From IMG/VR virus record IMGVR_UViG_3300047375_000738: DNA of 64,000 nucleotides. One strand, given 5' to 3'. The notes beneath the pieces were generated by a model. That model had not been told where the DNA came from. It made no database searches and worked only from the letters and a program-made list of their open reading frames with translations. The translations under genes were made by a program, and so were the position numbers. Below are positions 55,138 to 63,741 of this stretch, piece after piece (position 1 is the first letter of the stretch; each line of letters begins with the position of its first letter). This DNA is from a virus. Taxonomy: Duplodnaviria > Caudoviricetes.

Positions 55138-55737
55138 TTATTGCTCTCGCAACTTTCCGGATAATGCTTTTAATAGCAATCCATATGCTGGTAAGAAGAT
55201 AATCAAACCTACTGCAATCTTTAGTACAGTTTGTGATCCTGCAATCTCCATCCAGTTTGCTGCCATATACTCGTCTGCTGAGTTGTTAAACGCAACAAAG
55301 AAGAATGTGTAACTATCAATTACGTTTGCAACTACAGTTGACAACGCTGGTGCTAACCACCATGCACGATACTTTTCACGCAAGTATTGGAATACATATA
55401 CGTCTAGCATTGTACCAACTGCATATGCTGTAGCACTTGCAAAGCCAATACGTAGTGCAACACTCTGCGGTGCACCTTCTAGCAATACTACTGCAATACT
55501 ACCAATGATAGCAAGCGGATAGGCTGCTGCGATAGTTGCTCGTGCAATATTCTTACCTAGCATACGCACAGTAAGATCGGTTGCAAGAACAACAATCGGG
55601 AATGTAAATGCAGCCCAGGTTAGTTTTACTCCAAAAAATTCAACTGGAATACTAACTAAAGCATTACTTACTACAACGACGATAACATGCAACAGCGCAA
55701 GTTTAATCATCATACTTTTATCAATATCTTTAAACAA
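55138..55737 (-). CDS. yhhQ: Queuosine-precursor (preQ0/preQ1) transporter, YhhQ family
   Basis: Six hydrophobic segments; VSNALVSIP, TWAAFTFP...ATDLTVR, RIGFAS..AY..G..LD..VFQ, DSY.FF..AF. Confidence 0.85.
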   Translation of the reverse strand: MFKDIDKSMMIKLALLHVIVVVVSNALVSIPVEFFGVKLTWAAFTFPIVVLATDLTVRMLGKNIARATIAAAYPLAIIGSIAVVLLEGAPQSVALRIGFASATAYAVGTMLDVYVFQYLREKYRAWWLAPALSTVVANVIDSYTFFFVAFNNSADEYMAANWMEIAGSQTVLKIAVGLIIFLPAYGLLLKALSGKLREQ

Positions 55738-55754
55738 TTATTTCTCCTTCTTGT

Positions 55755-56921
55755 CTAATACTTGTTAACCGCTACATGATCTCTATAACGATTATCATCT
55801 CGCTTCCATTGTTCTCCGTTACCTTGCATAATATCAATGTAACGATCAATAGTAGCACTTGTCCAGTCACTAATTTTTCCCATATCTTTGTGTGGGCCTT
55901 CTAGTAACTTGTCAAGTTTGTTTCCTGCATCTTCAACACTCCAAGGTATATACATACGCTCATGACAGTTGGAAAAGATTTCAGGGAAACTTCTATAAGC
56001 AGGAAATAATACATTACAACCTAATGCATCAGCTTCGCTTACAGTATTACTTGTCCAGTCTTGTAAAGCACAGTTAAACAATACTTTACTATCGTTGACA
56101 ATATGGTAATATTCTTCTTTTTTAAGATTTTCATAAATCCTTAGTACACCTTTGCTTACTAAGTCGTTTGCACGTTCAATATACTTAGGATTATTACTAC
56201 GTAAAGGACCGCCTTGTAGTACAGCAAACTCAACATTTGTGTCTGCATACTTCTCAGCAAGATCCATATAAAAATCAGGTTGTTTTTCTTGATCCCAACG
56301 TGCTGCAAACACAACACGGTTGCTACGTGACTCCCAAAACGTTGGTGCTTCGCCGGATCGTTGTACAACTTCTCTTTTGTCAAAGGCTAATCCACTAATA
56401 TTGTAGAGCGGCGCCTTCCAATTAGCTACTTTCATATTAGCAATCATTTCTTCATTACTTGCTAATACTCCTGTAACAAATTCGTTGCACATTTCTTCGT
56501 ACAAACTCATCCATTTACCCATACCCCATACATGAACAAAGTCATCTGGGTCTACAGCTTGTGCAAGGCATCTAATAAACACCTTTGGCTGTTGGGTTGC
56601 TGGAATTTGATCCATAATGTACGGCAATGACTCCATACCAGGCTGAAACATATCTTCAAAGAAAATAACGTCTTCAGCTGTTACTTCGCCGTTGCGCATC
56701 ATTTGCACCAAGTTCATCATCTGCGACATAGCAAAGTAACTACGTCCGTGTGCATCAAGAACTTGTCCAACACTAATAGATTTAGTGTCATCAATTGTTG
56801 TACCAGGTACAACTACATAGTCAATACCACGTCTTTTGAAAGCACGTTCACTCCAGTCTTGCAACTGGAGTGTATAACGTCCTTCATATGGCTCTAAGCC
56901 CATATAAAATAGTTTACGCAT
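55755..56921 (-). CDS. GT-B (GT4-like) glycosyltransferase
   Basis: VVFAARWDQEKQP; FNCALQDWTSNTVSEADALGC corresponds to the GT4 E-x7-E donor-binding region. Confidence 0.75.
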   Translation of the reverse strand: MRKLFYMGLEPYEGRYTLQLQDWSERAFKRRGIDYVVVPGTTIDDTKSISVGQVLDAHGRSYFAMSQMMNLVQMMRNGEVTAEDVIFFEDMFQPGMESLPYIMDQIPATQQPKVFIRCLAQAVDPDDFVHVWGMGKWMSLYEEMCNEFVTGVLASNEEMIANMKVANWKAPLYNISGLAFDKREVVQRSGEAPTFWESRSNRVVFAARWDQEKQPDFYMDLAEKYADTNVEFAVLQGGPLRSNNPKYIERANDLVSKGVLRIYENLKKEEYYHIVNDSKVLFNCALQDWTSNTVSEADALGCNVLFPAYRSFPEIFSNCHERMYIPWSVEDAGNKLDKLLEGPHKDMGKISDWTSATIDRYIDIMQGNGEQWKRDDNRYRDHVAVNKY

Positions 56922-57121
56922 TAGCGTCTCCGAGGTTTACCACCACGTGCTTTTGCACGTAAGTAATTTTGATACTTCTGATACGCCTGCCATACAGGGT
57001 CAGATTTTTTATAAAGTGACTTTTCATCATACACTTTACCTTCAAAGCGACAGTAGTCGCGGAATTCGTCCAGATCGTTGAATACTTTCTGATACGCATC
57101 ACGATTAAATGTGATATTCAT
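56921..57121 (-). CDS. Small hypothetical protein
   Basis: 66 aa, SD AAGG, TAATG coupling to the GT gene. Confidence 0.7.
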   Translation of the reverse strand: MNITFNRDAYQKVFNDLDEFRDYCRFEGKVYDEKSLYKKSDPVWQAYQKYQNYLRAKARGGKPRRR

Positions 57122-57134
57122 TTACCTTATTCCT

Positions 57135-57560
57135 TTATGCTGGGTAAACAATTTGACAGCCGTTTTCGCCATCTTCGGCAACATCAATAACAACAAACCG
57201 GCTGGGGTATTTGTTGTTGATGTGTAGATACAAATCATCCGCAATCATTTCGCATGACTTGTAATCTAGTTCGAGAATATCTTCTTTATAAAGATTCTCT
57301 AACCAACGTTTGAATTGAATAAATTCAATGTCTCTATCGTTGTGTGTTACTTGAATTTGTACTTTAAAGTGAAACGTATGTCGATGTGGGTATCCTAAGA
57401 AACTTACATCGTATTCGTCACCTGTTGCCAGCGCAGGATCGTCGAGTGCTGCTGGATATTTGTGAATACCTTCTTTAGTAAAGGTTACCCAAATACTACG
57501 TTTTGCGTTTTCTAGTGCGTTTGCCATTTTAGCGTCCTCTTCTCTCATGCGCCGTTGCAT
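57135..57560 (-). CDS. T-fold QueD-like protein, candidate DpdL-type
   Basis: LGYPHRHTF (LxxxHRHxF), IEFIQFK, SCEMIA, EDGENG. Start is probably 57560 (leaderless) or 57527 (SD GAGGA), not 57587, which lies inside the promoter. Confidence 0.68.
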   Translation of the reverse strand: MQRRMREEDAKMANALENAKRSIWVTFTKEGIHKYPAALDDPALATGDEYDVSFLGYPHRHTFHFKVQIQVTHNDRDIEFIQFKRWLENLYKEDILELDYKSCEMIADDLYLHINNKYPSRFVVIDVAEDGENGCQIVYPA

Positions 57561-57566
57561 ATATGT

Positions 57567-57595
57567 ATAATAACGTTCTTGTTGCATATTGTCAA
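57567..57595 (-). promoter_or_regulatory. Sigma70-type promoter
   Basis: TTGACA (57595-57590), 17 nt, TATTAT (57572-57567). Confidence 0.65.
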
Positions 57596-58119
57596 GTGAT
57601 AATTGTGTCTGTAGTGTATTTAGACCAGTCTGTAAAAACAGCCTTCTCTTTTAAATCATGTAGTCTATGAACCCATACACCAGGGTTACTTGCATCAAAG
57701 TCTTTATCGTCAATTTTTAAACAAGCATTATATCCAAGTTGATCGATATACGGAAGTTTTACGCTAATCATTGGAATAAAGCGGTTGTGTTCTGTGAATC
57801 CACTTTCTAGCAACCCTTCAATTTGGCTTGCATCAGCATCTAGTGTGACCCAATAGCCTTCTTTCAATAATGGAAATATCATAGCTTCCCAAGGTTTCCA
57901 TTCGCTTTCTGTATTGCTAGTGACATTGAAACTCATATTAGCACCACAGTAGATATGTTTACATCCTTGCATTTCAGCCATGGCTATTACTTCGTCTGGA
58001 TCCATGGCACCTACAACGAATAGTGTTTTCTTTCCAAACTGTGGTGTATGTTCAACTTCTGTTCCAACAAAATATTGAACACTTTCGATATCGGTTCCTT
58101 GATCGTAAACTCTTTTCAT
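57592..58119 (-). CDS. Hypothetical protein in the deazaguanine module
   Basis: 175 aa; GTEVEHTP, HIYCGAN and NPGVWVH look like conserved motifs; SD GAGG. Confidence 0.75.
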   Translation of the reverse strand: MKRVYDQGTDIESVQYFVGTEVEHTPQFGKKTLFVVGAMDPDEVIAMAEMQGCKHIYCGANMSFNVTSNTESEWKPWEAMIFPLLKEGYWVTLDADASQIEGLLESGFTEHNRFIPMISVKLPYIDQLGYNACLKIDDKDFDASNPGVWVHRLHDLKEKAVFTDWSKYTTDTIIT

Positions 58120-58289
58120 GATTTCCTCGTTTTATATTGTTCTTGCCAAAGATCCCAACGTTTTTTATAGTATTCGTTGATTTCTTTTTTAGGGTAGTTT
58201 TTTTCTTCCATGTTAGCAATGATAGTTTCGATATCTTCTAGTGCCATTTCAATTGTTTCTAAACGAACTTTTTTCTCATTTGGATCCAT
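58116..58289 (-). CDS. Small hypothetical protein (57 aa, below ORF-track cutoff)
   Basis: Manual translation MDPNEKKVRLETIEMALEDIETII...WQEQYKTRKS; SD GGAG; ATGA overlap downstream. Confidence 0.7.
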   Translation of the reverse strand: MDPNEKKVRLETIEMALEDIETIIANMEEKNYPKKEINEYYKKRWDLWQEQYKTRKS

Positions 58290-58488
58290 TTACTCCATTC
58301 TCCATTGCATTTATTTTATTCTGTATTCGATATAGTTCGTCCTTGTAGAACAACTTTTGTGTTTTTAAAGTTCTTACTTCTTGATCTACATAAAGTCTTT
58401 TTTCTAGTTCTATAATTTTTTCGTCTAATGCTCTATGTTTTTTTGTAAGCTCTGCTAGATATGCAGTTAATCCTTCGAGACTTGTCAT
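58276..58488 (-). CDS. YdcH/DUF465-like small coiled-coil protein
   Basis: L..KHRALDEKI..LE...V..LK.QKL.YKDEL pattern. Confidence 0.65.
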   Translation of the reverse strand: MTSLEGLTAYLAELTKKHRALDEKIIELEKRLYVDQEVRTLKTQKLFYKDELYRIQNKINAMENGVNGSK

Positions 58489-60038
58489 TTATACTCCCAT
58501 AATTCGTTAAATTTAGTTTGTGCATTAACAGCCTTCTTGCCAATATTTAGACGTGTTCCGATTACGTGCATCCAATAGCGATCAAAGTCTTCAATAAGTT
58601 TTAAACTTTTTTCTCGATCTTTTAAGCTAAAGATTTCGTCTACTATTTCTTTAAACTTAACTACACCATACTTTTGGAAGTCAGTATCGTTAATTAGCAT
58701 GTACGGAAACTTGCCATTGTCGTATTCTCTGTTTGCACGTTGTGTACTTTCGATGTGCATCCAGACATTATGGCCCATTTGTAGTGCATAGCTAAAGCTA
58801 TCCCAACTGGTGCTATCTTTTTTACGCACAGTAGTATTACCATCAGCATCTAGTAGAGGATTGCCTTCTTTATCTAAGTCAACATCACCTGCTTTTACTT
58901 TTATAGTACCGACTTTGTTTTTATCACCTTCTGCATAGATACAGATATCATTCATCTTGCAATGTTTGCTAATAGGAGAGTCTTCAAATGCATCTAGTAT
59001 GTTGTCAGTTATAACTGCATCACTAAACTTGCGTTTATCTGTAGCATACTTCAATGAATCGGCACCCGGAGCCATCATGTAACTCCATTTGCCACGATCT
59101 TCGATGCGGATACTGTGATAAATCTGTCCGTTTGCTGTAGCAAGAAACGGAGATGCACAGTCGTATGTAATCATAAAGTTTTTGTTATGATATTTACGTA
59201 CTGCACGTTGAATGTCTGTAAGTAATACAGCCCATTCTAACTTACTAGTACCCAGGAAGTGCATTACATCATGCAATCCTTCTTCTAGCAAGCCATCGTG
59301 TATCATATGCACAAGGCGCCTTAAGATAAGATGCACATCACACATGTTTTGTCCGCCCATTGCCCACCCGTTAAAGTGTGTGTCTGGGTATTTTGCTGGA
59401 TCACAATAGTCCTTAAACTCTTCGTACCAACTATCAGCATCAGTATGAGTACTGCCTTGTAATACGTTGAGTACTTTAAAGTTACCACGTCTATTATCCA
59501 TGTAATAACGTGCATTAATATGTGTTGCATCAACAGCATCTTGATAGCTATGAATATTTGCTGCATCTGCTGCTTTTTTGTCTTGGAATGTCCATGTTGG
59601 AATATCGAGCATCATGCCGTAATCCATATATTCTTCCATCCAGTTTACAACTAGCTCACGTTTCTTTGCAGCCAGTGGACAATCTGGATTAGTCCAATCA
59701 CCTGGCCATAAGCCTTTAGCAATCTGGAAGCCTCCGGAGTCTCCAAGTAACCATGAATTCTCTCTATCACGCTTACGTAGCATATCTTCTTTTTCACTGA
59801 ACTTATTAGTGTCAAGCTCGGCATGTCCTGCAGAATAGAGCGCCCATTTGTAGTGGAACGCTCCTTCTTTTGAATTCAAAAAGTTCATACTTTCCATTTT
59901 GTCGATACCAACTGGAATTCTAGCTGGCTCGACATACTCTTGGAAACGTTGTTTGCCTATAAAAGTAGCATAGAAGCCACTAATGCTAGGCAAAAATACT
60001 GCATAGTCCTTCTGTGCTTCTGTGAGATCTGTATTCAT
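58485..60038 (-). CDS. Guanine transglycosylase, TGT/DpdA-like (probably DNA-acting)
   Basis: LGDSGGFQ, MMLDIP, VLQG, WAMGG, MHFLG and YDCASP map to TGT catalytic motifs. Long, divergent, and next to the clamp and que genes. Confidence 0.82.
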   Translation of the reverse strand: MNTDLTEAQKDYAVFLPSISGFYATFIGKQRFQEYVEPARIPVGIDKMESMNFLNSKEGAFHYKWALYSAGHAELDTNKFSEKEDMLRKRDRENSWLLGDSGGFQIAKGLWPGDWTNPDCPLAAKKRELVVNWMEEYMDYGMMLDIPTWTFQDKKAADAANIHSYQDAVDATHINARYYMDNRRGNFKVLNVLQGSTHTDADSWYEEFKDYCDPAKYPDTHFNGWAMGGQNMCDVHLILRRLVHMIHDGLLEEGLHDVMHFLGTSKLEWAVLLTDIQRAVRKYHNKNFMITYDCASPFLATANGQIYHSIRIEDRGKWSYMMAPGADSLKYATDKRKFSDAVITDNILDAFEDSPISKHCKMNDICIYAEGDKNKVGTIKVKAGDVDLDKEGNPLLDADGNTTVRKKDSTSWDSFSYALQMGHNVWMHIESTQRANREYDNGKFPYMLINDTDFQKYGVVKFKEIVDEIFSLKDREKSLKLIEDFDRYWMHVIGTRLNIGKKAVNAQTKFNELWEYK

Positions 60039-60041
60039 GTA

Positions 60042-60770
60042 TTACTTCTGTTGTGCTGGGAGGATATAATCGTATGTTGCCATGCCACTGTCTACGCTAA
60101 TTTTCATTGCGCCTTGATCTGTGATACTAAGAGTTTTATCACCATCTAAGTTTAAAATAGCAATAGTTTGTGCAACTGGCCACGCCCAAGTATGCGTTAA
60201 TGAACCGCTGATTCCGTGTTCAAATGTAAACGAACCTGCGTGTGTAGCTTCGTCTCCAAAGTAAAAGTTTAGATTGCCATCTTCTGTTTTAACTTGGAAT
60301 ACATTTTCTTCACTATGAGCACCAGACATAAGTTTCATACGTGCAATTGATGCCATTGTAGGTTGGATTTCGACATCCCAGCTATTACCTTTGAACTTAA
60401 CACTTTTTAGTTTTTCTTCAATAATTGCTTTGTTCATAAAGCGATAATCATTCTTAAAATCACCAGTTGTGTTTTCAAAGTGAATGTGTGTTGGGATAGT
60501 TTCGCCGTTGCGATCATCTTCAACAACCGCAATGTTAGCATTTTCTTTGTACTCTGGATTGTTCAAGTGATAAGCAAGTTTGCCTAAGTCTGGCATACCA
60601 AATGTACCAGCAAATTCGCTTACTGGATTGTGCGTTTCCGCTGTCATGATAACACTACGATCGTCTGCCATTGTTTCGATCTGTGTATCTTTTTCAGCTG
60701 TAACTTTTAGTGTTGTGATAAAGCCTAATTTGTGTGTATGGCTTACGATATCTTGTAAAATGTCGTGCAT
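60042..60770 (-). CDS. Probable DNA polymerase sliding clamp (T4 gp45-like)
   Basis: 242 aa, two-domain alpha/beta pattern (FGMPDLGKL, DYRFM, YDYILPA); own promoter and SD. Confidence 0.6.
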   Translation of the reverse strand: MHDILQDIVSHTHKLGFITTLKVTAEKDTQIETMADDRSVIMTAETHNPVSEFAGTFGMPDLGKLAYHLNNPEYKENANIAVVEDDRNGETIPTHIHFENTTGDFKNDYRFMNKAIIEEKLKSVKFKGNSWDVEIQPTMASIARMKLMSGAHSEENVFQVKTEDGNLNFYFGDEATHAGSFTFEHGISGSLTHTWAWPVAQTIAILNLDGDKTLSITDQGAMKISVDSGMATYDYILPAQQK

Positions 60771-60790
60771 GTGATTCTCCTATATGTATT

Positions 60791-60819
60791 ATTGTACTGC
60801 ATATTTGGTATAAAGTCAA
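60791..60819 (-). promoter_or_regulatory. Sigma70-type promoter of the clamp-TGT unit
   Basis: TTGACT (60819-60814), 17 nt, TACAAT (60796-60791); SD AGGAG. Confidence 0.65.
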
Positions 60820-61748
60820 CCAAATAAACTACTAACTGATTCTTCGTTTGTGACACGTCTAATAGCTTCGCCAAATAGTTGACTTACACTTACGTATCGG
60901 GTCTTTTTGCAATTCTTTGGACAGCGATTGTTAATACTGTCTGTTACTACTAGTTCTTCTAGTACACTCTTCTCAACTTTTTGACATGCTTCTCCGCTTA
61001 GTACTCCGTGTGTGATATATGCTCTAACACTTAGAGCACCGGCATCCATAATTGCTTTGGCTGCATTGCACAATGTACCACCTGAGTCGATAATGTCATC
61101 AACCAGAATGGCGTGTTTACCAGTAACATCGCCGATCAAGTTCATGACTTCGCTCTTACCCGCTTCAGGACGCATCTTATCTACAATAGCAATGTCTGCG
61201 TGGAACATATCAGCAAACTTTCTAGCACGAACAACTCCGCCTGCATCCGGCGATACAAATACTGTACCTTGTTCTGTTCCTACATTGCGTTTAATATCTT
61301 TGGCAAACACCAATCGGCTTGTTAAATCGTCTACTGGAATATCAAAGAAGCCCTGTATCTGTCCTGCGTGTAAATCCATTGTAAGTATTCTATCTGCACC
61401 TGCTGTTGCTAGTAGGTTAGCAACTAGTTTTGCTGTAATAGGTGTACGTGAAGCACTCTTACGGTCTTGTCTTGCATAACCAAAGTAAGGAATAACTGCT
61501 GTGATCCGTCTAGCACTTGATCTCTGTGCAGCATCGATCATAATCAATAGTTCCATTAGGCTATCATTTACAGGAGTACATGTACTTTGTACTATAAAAA
61601 CATCTTCGCCACGTATGTTATCATGAAACTCTACAGTTGTTTCGCCATCGGCAAATGTATCAATTTTAGATGGAACTAACGCTGCAAAACAATGCTCTGC
61701 AATTTCTTCTGCTAGAGCCATATTAGCGTTTCCGGCAATTATTTTCAC
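60816..61748 (-). CDS. prs: Ribose-phosphate pyrophosphokinase
   Basis: [46 protein letters not shown]. Confidence 0.97.
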   Translation of the reverse strand: MKIIAGNANMALAEEIAEHCFAALVPSKIDTFADGETTVEFHDNIRGEDVFIVQSTCTPVNDSLMELLIMIDAAQRSSARRITAVIPYFGYARQDRKSASRTPITAKLVANLLATAGADRILTMDLHAGQIQGFFDIPVDDLTSRLVFAKDIKRNVGTEQGTVFVSPDAGGVVRARKFADMFHADIAIVDKMRPEAGKSEVMNLIGDVTGKHAILVDDIIDSGGTLCNAAKAIMDAGALSVRAYITHGVLSGEACQKVEKSVLEELVVTDSINNRCPKNCKKTRYVSVSQLFGEAIRRVTNEESVSSLFG

Positions 61749-62485
61749 TTTCGTATCCTTTTGTTATAGTTGTTAGCAGCTTCAAGTATATTTAGATTAT
61801 TTTTAAAACTTTCTGCCATTTTTAATAATGCACTTACATCCTTAGGGAAGCAGTGTCCTCCAAATCCTCGGTCTTCAGTAACTTGTGTATGGCTACTTCC
61901 AATCCGTGAATCCAACGCAATAAGCCTTGATACATTTTCATAGTCTGTATCAGTTGCTTTGCATAAATCGTATATTTCATTAAAGAACGCAACCTTAGTT
62001 GCTAGAAAACTATTTCTAAAATACTTTGTAAGTATAAGTTCTTCGGGTGTAGCAACATCTATGTTGACATTACCCATTGCATTTAAAAATATTTCCTGCC
62101 AAAAATGTACACTATCACCGCCAATGAGTATTGTATTGTTTTCACGGAAGTCTTCTAGTGCTGATTCTGCTCTTAAGAACTCTGGTGAAAAACTAACCTT
62201 AAGAAATGTGCGTTGAATGTACTGCCAGCCTATAAGGCTTATAGTGCTTTTAATCAGCACTGGCACATTTTTAAGATCGTTGAGTACATCATATACATTC
62301 TGCATATAACAAGTACCGTCTTCTGCTTGCGGTGTTGCAACACAAACAATTACACAGTCGCAATGCCGTAAGTCGTCGTAGTATCCTTTTGTCGGATCAC
62401 TAATTAGTACTTCGTAATAGTCTTTTAATGCTTCGTGATGCGCTTGGCCTACGAAACCGTAGCCAGCAATTCCTATTTTAGTCAT
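61745..62485 (-). CDS. UDP-glucose/GDP-mannose dehydrogenase-like protein lacking the C-terminal domain
   Basis: [32 protein letters not shown]. Confidence 0.8.
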   Translation of the reverse strand: MTKIGIAGYGFVGQAHHEALKDYYEVLISDPTKGYYDDLRHCDCVIVCVATPQAEDGTCYMQNVYDVLNDLKNVPVLIKSTISLIGWQYIQRTFLKVSFSPEFLRAESALEDFRENNTILIGGDSVHFWQEIFLNAMGNVNIDVATPEELILTKYFRNSFLATKVAFFNEIYDLCKATDTDYENVSRLIALDSRIGSSHTQVTEDRGFGGHCFPKDVSALLKMAESFKNNLNILEAANNYNKRIRK

Positions 62486-63173
62486 ATTCTTTAAGTAACT
62501 TCCATGTATGTTGCCAATTATCTACTTGAATAGCTTTACTAGGATGTTTTAGTAATTTGGCTAGTGGATAGTCATTGCCACCTGGTTCCATTTTGTCACC
62601 AAAAAAGTGTATTGTAGCGCCTTTACTAAATTCGTAGTATACCTGTCCTTTATCACATCCAGTAGGATAGATGTCGATGCCTGTCTCTCCGCCAACTGTA
62701 GCAGTTATTTCTTTGAAAGAATGATTAATTTGAAATGCAATACTTTCACGTTCACGCATCAGTTTGTCGTATTTGATATATTCTTTACGTTCGTCTAGTG
62801 TGCAGTTACGTCCAATAATACTAAAGTTTACAGTACCTGGACGTTCTTCAATATGATTTCCAGTACGATATTTAAAGTTACTGCCTTGTAGCCACCCTTC
62901 AAGCATTTTTCTTAATTGGTCTGGCAATGTCCATTCGCTTTTTCGTACATTAACACCAGTAGTATAGATATCATTCCCCGAACAGTTAAACACTACTTTA
63001 GCCAGTGCATAAGTATCTTCGCCAAGTTGTTCAACAGTCTTATCTTTGTCACTTCCTGTAACAAAATATACATTATTCTTTACACAAAACTCATCAAAAA
63101 ACTGTTTAAATTCAGGATCAATTTTGCCACGGCTTGGTGTTAGTGTACCGTCAACATCAAAAACAAATTCCAT
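62478..63173 (-). CDS. HAD-family (eukaryote-type) phosphomannomutase
   Basis: FDVDGTLT, FVTGSD, NFSIIGR, GGETGIDI, FFGDK..PGGNDYP. Start ATG 63173. Confidence 0.85.
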   Translation of the reverse strand: MEFVFDVDGTLTPSRGKIDPEFKQFFDEFCVKNNVYFVTGSDKDKTVEQLGEDTYALAKVVFNCSGNDIYTTGVNVRKSEWTLPDQLRKMLEGWLQGSNFKYRTGNHIEERPGTVNFSIIGRNCTLDERKEYIKYDKLMRERESIAFQINHSFKEITATVGGETGIDIYPTGCDKGQVYYEFSKGATIHFFGDKMEPGGNDYPLAKLLKHPSKAIQVDNWQHTWKLLKEYD

Positions 63174-63337
63174 TAGTTCTCCATTGCACAAATAGCAGAT
63201 TCACCTTCAGTAAAACTTGCTTCTAATACTGCTTTATTGGTATGACAATTAATTTCGCTATTGTAACTGTTGTAGTATGTAACTTTATATTCATCGAACA
63301 CTGTAACATACGAAACTACTAATAATACCCAAGTCAT
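63173..63337 (-). CDS. Small hypothetical protein with hydrophobic N-terminus (54 aa)
   Basis: Manual translation MTWVLLVVSYVTVFDEY...NC...ICAMEN; coupled at both ends (ATGA, TAATG). Confidence 0.65.
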   Translation of the reverse strand: MTWVLLVVSYVTVFDEYKVTYYNSYNSEINCHTNKAVLEASFTEGESAICAMEN

Positions 63338-63741
63338 ACTTCACATACCCTTTTTCTAAGATCACTTGTACTAAATCTGTGATCACGTTTATTAAAATAA
63401 AAATCTACGCCACGTTGTAAGCATATTTCTTTACCAGTAAAGTCTTTGTCCTTATACTCTACACCTAATACTCTAACATGAATATTATACATTGTCAAGA
63501 TATCTTTTAGGTCTTGTTCGGTGCCATATGGAATAATTTCATCCACATATTTCACTGCTTTAAGTTGTGTATATCTTTCTACAATATTTTGTACAGGTGC
63601 ATTTTTTTCTTCTCTATCTACACTTGGATCCATTTGTAGTCCAACTAGTAAATAATCACATTGTTCTTTTGCTTCACGCAACATTTGTACGTGTCCTGCG
63701 TGTAGTAAATCAAATGTACTACATGTAAATCCTACTTTCAA
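63334..63741 (-). CDS. Cytidylyltransferase (TagD/glycerol-3-phosphate type)
   Basis: TFDLLHAGH (HxGH), ER...L.A.KYVD, RDHRFSTSDLR. Confidence 0.85.
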   Translation of the reverse strand: MKVGFTCSTFDLLHAGHVQMLREAKEQCDYLLVGLQMDPSVDREEKNAPVQNIVERYTQLKAVKYVDEIIPYGTEQDLKDILTMYNIHVRVLGVEYKDKDFTGKEICLQRGVDFYFNKRDHRFSTSDLRKRVCEV

